From Mobula hypostoma (lineage: Eukaryota): DNA of 64,000 nucleotides. Under the pieces are notes generated by a model. That model made no database searches and was not told where the DNA came from. It saw nothing but the letters and a program-made list of their open reading frames with translations. Location: positions 9,796,001-9,860,000 of the forward strand of contig NC_086097.1 of the NCBI RefSeq assembly GCF_963921235.1, read 5' to 3'. Position numbers and translations under genes: made by a program. Positions 58,075-64,000 of this stretch are shown piece by piece (the first letter of the stretch is position 1; each line of letters begins with the position of its first letter).

Positions 58075-61000
58075 ACAGAGTCATAGAGAAGTACAGCACA
58101 GAAACAGGCCATTTAGCCCATCTAGTCCATGCAGAAAAGATTTAACCTGCCGACTCCCATTGACCTGCACCAGGACCATAGCCCTTCAAACCCCTACTAT
58201 CCATGTGCCTATCCAAACCTCTCTATTGAAATCGAGCTCACATGCACCACCTGTGCTGGCAGCTCATTCCACACTGTTACAACCCTCTGAGTGAAGAAGC
58301 TTCCCCTCATGTTCCCCTTAAACTTCTCACCTTTCAACATTAAGCCATGACCACTGGTTGTAGTCTCACCCAACCTTTCTGGAAAAAGCTGGCTTGCATT
58401 TCCCTTATCTATTCCACTCTTAATTTTGTATATCTCTATTAAATCTCCTCTCAATCTTCTATGTTCTAAAGAATACATTCCTAACCTATTCAATCCTTCC
58501 TTATAACTCAGGTCCTTCAGACCCAGCAACATCCTTGTAAATTTTCTCTGCACTCTTTCAGCCTTGATTACATCTTTCCTGTGGCTAGGTGACCAAAACT
58601 TGACACAATACTCCAAATTAGGCCTCACCAACATCTTATACAACTTCAAAAAACATTACATCTTCTGTATAATTAATTTATGAAGGTCAATGTGCCCAAA
58701 GCTTTCCTTGCAGCCCTATCTACCATGACACCACTTTCAATGAATTGTGTACCTGTATTCCCTGATCCCTTTGTTCAATCACACTCCTTGCTGCCCTACA
58801 GTTCACAGTGTAAGACCTACCCCGGTTGGTCCTACCGAAGTACAAAAACCTCGCACTTATCTGCATTAAGCTCCATGTGCTATTTTTCCAGCTGATGCAG
58901 AGCCCTCCACAAGCCATTATTACCTTCCTCTTTGTCCACTACACCCCCAAGCTTGGTGTCATCCATGAATTTACTGATCCAGTTAATCATATTGTCTTCC
59001 GGATCATTGATATAGATAACACACAACAATGGAACCAGTACTGATCCCTGCAGCACACCATGAGTCACAGGCCTTCAGTCAGAGGGGCAACAATCTACTA
59101 CCACTCTCTGGCTTCCCCCACAAAGTTAATCTGTAATTCAATTTACTACCTCATCCTGAATGCTGAGTGACTGAACCTTCTTGTCCAGCTTACCAAGAAG
59201 GACCTTGTCAAATATTTTCTAAAGTCCATATAGACAACATCCAATGCCTTGTCTTCATCCACTTTCCTAGTAACTTCCTCAAAAAACTCTGTAAGATTGG
59301 TTAGATATGACCTACCACACACAAGTCCATGCTGACTATCCTTAATCCGTCCATGTATACCCAAATACTTATATATCTGGTCCCTTGGAATACCTTCCAA
59401 TAACTTTCCCACAACTGATGTCAGACTCACCAGCCTATAATTTCCTGGTTTATGTTTAGAGCCTTTTTTAAACAGCAGAACAATTTTGGGTATCCTCCAA
59501 TCCTCTGGTACCTTTCCTGTTGTTAAGGATGTTTTAAATATCACTGCTAAGGCCCCAGCAATTTCTGGACTAGCATCCTGTAGGGTCCGAGGGAACACCT
59601 TATCAGGCCCTGGAGATGAATCCATTCTGATTTGCCTTATGGTAGCAAACACCTCCTCCTCTGTAATCTGTACAGGGTTCATGAAGTTGATGCCGCTTTG
59701 CCTCGCTTCTATAGACTCTGCATCCATCTTCCGAGCAAATACAGAAGCAAAGAATGTATTTAAGATTTCCCACGTCTGTTTTGGCTCCACACGTGGATTA
59801 CCATTCTGGTCTTCCAGAGGACCAGTTTTGTCCCTTGCAATCCTATTGCTCTTAACATATCTGTAGAATCCCTTAGGGTTCTCCTTCACCTTGTCTGCTA
59901 GAGCAACCTCATGCCTTCTTTTAGACTTCCTGATTTCTTTCTCAAGTGTTCTTTTGCATTTCTTGTACTTCATAAGCACCTCATTTGTTCCTACCTGCCT
60001 ATTCCTGCTATACACCTCATTTTCTCTCTCATCCAGGGCTTCAATATCAATAAGTTTCAATAGGTTCATTTAATACCAGAGAAATGTATACAATATACCT
60101 CCCGAAATTCTTTTTCTTTGCAATCGTCCACAAAAACAGAGGAGTGCCCCAAAGAATGAATGACAGTTAAACGTTAGAACTCCAAAACACCTCCTCCTGC
60201 TCCCCCTTCCCACGCATAAGCAGTAGCAAGGCAACGAGCCCCCCCTCCCCACCAACAAAAAAGCATTGGCTGAGAACTCAGCGTGCAGCAAAGCATCAAT
60301 AAAGACACAAACTTGCAGTACCCGTTACCCGTCACTCGTTCACTTCGTAATTTGACATATGACAGGCTCTCTCTCCCTAATATGGGAAAAAGAGATGTCC
60401 ACATTTCACTGCGAGAGGGAAGACATAGCAAACAACTGGCTGATTTTTAATGTTAAAAGTCTGTTGCATCGCATTTTTTGTGCTCTTTGTCCAGAGAGTC
60501 GGCCCCAGAAAGGCTCAGGTCTCTGGACACACACACATCAGCAGCTAACCCACTGCTCCTGATGTTCTGTGTTCTTCCATGACACCGCAGTCAGGGGCAC
60601 TGGCCTAGAATCAGCCCATCTCCAGAGCCACAAAAATCCAGCATCCTGAAGGCTTGCTAGTCTTCCAGGACGTGTCCTTGGCATGTCAAAAAGCAGCCGG
60701 TCGTGAGGCCCTGAGAGCGGGTCCCATTCCTGCAAAGAACCGAAGTTGAAGTGTAACTCCAGTTCAGGGTCTTCAAAAGAACCTTTGAAAGGAAAGAAAG
60801 AGATATCAAAGAGAGAAATCGAGCTGTTTCTGAAGATTCAAGCAAAGGAGTCGCTGTTTAGTGCCATCATAACTTCGTTCCGCCCCTCTGAAGTTTTTTT
60901 TTATCACTGTAAAACCAAGGTTCCCTACGCTTGTTACCTTTACCTTTATTCTGACAGACACATACAAACTTTGTACTCTCAAAATTTCCTTTTAAGGCCT

Positions 61001-61450
61001 CCCACTTTCCAAGTACTCCTTTGCCAGAAAACAGCCTGCCCCAATCCACACTTGCCAGATCATTTCATAGACCATCAAAACTGGCCTTTCTCCAATTTAA
61101 AATCTCGACCTGCAGACCAGACCTGACTCTTAACACATTTTCTTTTTTTTTACATATACATATTTGCAACACATCTCTTTCTGTAATCCCTCCCACTCTG
61201 TAACTCCTAAAAGAAAAGAATCCCAGAATACAGAGTTGCCAGTACTGCCCCTCCTGCAGCCAAGTCTCACTAATGGCTACAGCATCATAATTCCTGGTGT
61301 GGATCCATGCCCAGAGCTTATCCGCCTTTCCTATGATACTTCTTGCATTGAAATACTTGCAGCTCAGGACACTAGTTGCACCATGTTCCATCTTTTGAAT
61401 CCTGATTTTGTTTGAGGTCTTACCAAGAGCTGCCTCCACAACTTCTCCAC
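58075..61450 (-). mobile_element. Degenerate CR1 ORF2 (APE to 3' end) with internal deletions and an insertion at ~60050-60870
   Basis: YFNARSIIGK..AISETWL; KENPKGFYRYVK; GNYRLVSLTS; QGSVL; FMDDTK; VWNELP. Confidence 0.9.
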
Positions 61451-61489
61451 TGTCTGTTACTCTTATTTTATTGTTTTATGCGATAATTT

Positions 61490-62600
61490 TATTGTCAAAG
61501 TAAATATATGTCACACATATAACCCGAAGGTTTATTTTCCTGTAGGCATACTCAGTAAATCTATAGGATAGTAACTATAACAGGATCAATGAAAGATCAA
61601 CCAGAGTGCAGAAGACAACAAACTGTGCAAATGCAAATAGAAATAAATAGTAATAAATAACGAGAACGTGAAATAACAAGATAAAGAGATCATAAGTGAG
61701 ATCGTTGGTTGTGGGAACATATCAATGGATAGGCAAGTGAGTGTAGTTATCCTCCTTTGTTCAAGAGCCTGATGGTTGAGGGGTAGTAACTGTTCTTGAA
61801 CCTGGTGGTGTGAGTCCTGAAGCTCTCGTACCTTCTACCTGATGGCAACAGTGAGAAAAGAGCATGGCCTGGCTGGTGAGGATCTCTGATGATGGATGCT
61901 GCTTTCCTACAATATTGATTAATGTAGATGTGCTCAATGGTTGGGAAGGCTTTCCCCGTGAGGTACTGAGCGAAATCCGCCACCTTTTGTAGGAATTTTC
62001 ATTCGAAGGCTTTGGTTTTTCCATATCAGGCCATGATGCAGCCAATCAACACATTCTCCACAAGTATGAATGCTCGCCACAATCTTTGATGTCATGCGTA
62101 TCTCTGCTAACTCCAGAGGAAGTACAGGTGCTACCATGCGTTCTTTCCAATTGCATTTACATGCTGAGTCCAGGACAGGTGGTATAGAAACTAAGGAATG
62201 TAATGTTTCTAACCCTCTCCACCTCTGATCGTTCGAAGAAGACTGGTGCGGGGACCTCTGGTTTCCCTCTCCTGAAGTCTACAATCATGTCCTTGGTCTT
62301 GCTGACATTGAGTGGGAGGTTGGCATTAAGACACCACTCAGACAAATTTTCCATCTCCCTCCTGTCTGCTGATTCATCATCCCGTTTGATACAACAGTGG
62401 TGTCATCAGCAAGCTTGTATATGGCGTTGGAGCTGTACTTAGCCACACAGTCATAGGTGTAGAGCGAGTATAACAGGGCCCTAAGCACACAGCCCTGTGG
62501 TGCTCCTGTGCTGATGGAGATCAAGGAAGATATATTTTTGTCAATCTAAAATGACTGGGGTCTACAAGGGAGAAAATACGGAATCCATTGCACAAGGGGA
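61490..62600 (-). mobile_element. Rex1/Babar RT 3' fragment
   Basis: ISTGAPQGCVL..KLADDTTVV; LNVSKTKDMIVDFRR; RFKNSYYPSTIRLLN. Confidence 0.88.
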
Positions 62601-63299
62601 TACTGAGACACCAACGACCACCTATGTGCAAAAACAAATCGCACAAAAATGGCAACAAAAAAGAACAAGCAAAATCAAAGAATATAAAACACAAAAATGA
62701 AAGACTCCATATATATTTCAGTCCGGGTTACCATGATGGTATGATAGACTTAGATAGGGACATGTGCTTGACGATGATGCACAGAGTGTTGTATTTTAAA
62801 CTGTCTTGAACTGCTCTGTTTGCCCTGAGCAAAGGACACAAACTATGCCACTGTGTGACCTATCTGGTATTTTGTACCACGTAGAATGACGGAAGTGTCG
62901 CACCAAACTAATGAAAGTGCCCACTGTGTGATAACAGTGCTCATTTCCACAAGGGTTGAGTACAATGACTTCACAAATACTATCTATGTTATCACTCAGG
63001 GTATATTTATTTAATTAACAAAAACCGAATCCCTCAGCTGCCATGTTGGATATTAAACACATATATCTAAATAATTAGCAGAAGTCTTCGGAATACTAGT
63101 TCAATATCAAGTTTTTCAGACTGTTCACCTGTGACATCTTTCTCAGTAATATTAATATCTTTTCCAACAGAGTCAATCTATAAAGTATTTCAGTTATTTT
63201 AATAATATCAATAGTTAGTTTTCAAATAAACTGTGCAGTAATAAATTATTAATTAATCTTATTATATAGTTCAGATTATGAACAAAATGTGCTACTTAA

Positions 63300-63560
63300 T
63301 GAGTTGAGAGTTAAAGGGCAAAAGTTTAGGGGGAACTTCTTTCCTCAGAGAGTGGTAGCTGTGTGGCACGAGCTTCCAGCAGAAGTGGTAGAGGCAGGTT
63401 GGTGTTTAAAGTTAAATTAGATAGCTATATGGACAGGAAAGGAATGGAGGGTTATGGGCTGAGTGCAGGTTGGTGGGCCTAGGTGAGAGTAAGAGTTTGG
63501 CACGGACTAGAAGGGCCGAGATGGCCTGTTTCTGTGCTATAATTGTTATATGGTTATAAT
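63300..63560 (+). mobile_element. CR1 3' fragment (same subfamily as 53015-53415)
   Basis: Near-identical 3' UTR ending GTTATATGGTTATA. Confidence 0.85.
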
Positions 63561-63609
63561 TATGTGCTGTCTTCTGAGTTCTGTGGTTAGCAATCTTTTT
63601 TTTGACGGG

Positions 63610-64000
63610 GAGGCGTAAAAGAGTGAGATGGATCAGCTGTATGAGTGGTGTCACACCAACAACTTTGCACTCAGTACCAGTGAGACCAAGGAATTCGTGG
63701 TAATCTTCAGGAAGTGGAAGTTGAGGGAAGATGCATTGAGGGATCAGCAGTGGAAAGGAACTTTTGAGTTTCTGAGTGTCAACATCTCAGAGGATCAATG
63801 CTGGGGCCCAACATATTGACGCAATTACAAAGACAGCACGACACGGGCTATATTTCATTAGGGGTTTGAGGGAAATTGGTATGTCTTCAAAGACTCTTGC
63901 AAATTTCTATGGATATACTGTGGAGAGCAACCTAACTGTTGCATCACTGTCTGGTATAGAGAGGTCTGGAAAAAGCTGCAGAAAGATGTAAACTCAGCTG
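63610..64000 (+). mobile_element. Rex1/Babar RT fragment running off the window
   Basis: FLSVNISEDQ; HIDAITKTARHGLYFIRGL..TLANFYGYTVES. Confidence 0.85.

Overview
Vertebrate (eukaryotic) non-genic DNA, most likely from a cartilaginous fish and probably a ray/batoid. This is inferred from the repeat repertoire: HER1-like CR1 LINEs, HE1-like V-SINEs, Deu-domain SINE relics and Neptune-type Penelope elements. Most of the window is a nested transposable-element graveyard: CR1, Rex1/Babar, RTE and HERO LINEs, Penelope-like elements (PLEs), a PNMA-gag Ty3/Gypsy element, solo LTRs, SINEs, and Tc1 and hAT remnants. No host protein-coding exon can be confidently identified. The long ORFs that I can recognise are retroelement RT/endonuclease remnants or their antisense shadows. 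The most interesting signals are RNA structures. (1) The 3' UTR of a HERO (RLE-type) LINE contains a candidate pseudoknotted, non-circularly permuted hammerhead ribozyme (15433-15505). (2) PLE pseudo-LTRs carry several minimal hammerheads, including a 202-bp fold-back insertion whose inversion point falls at the ribozyme cut site. (3) An RTE-derived element carries a decayed twister-like relic. Several internally deleted (bipartite) Rex1 and RTE derivatives behave like SINEs. All family assignments are by eye from motifs; no database search was run, and many boundaries are approximate.
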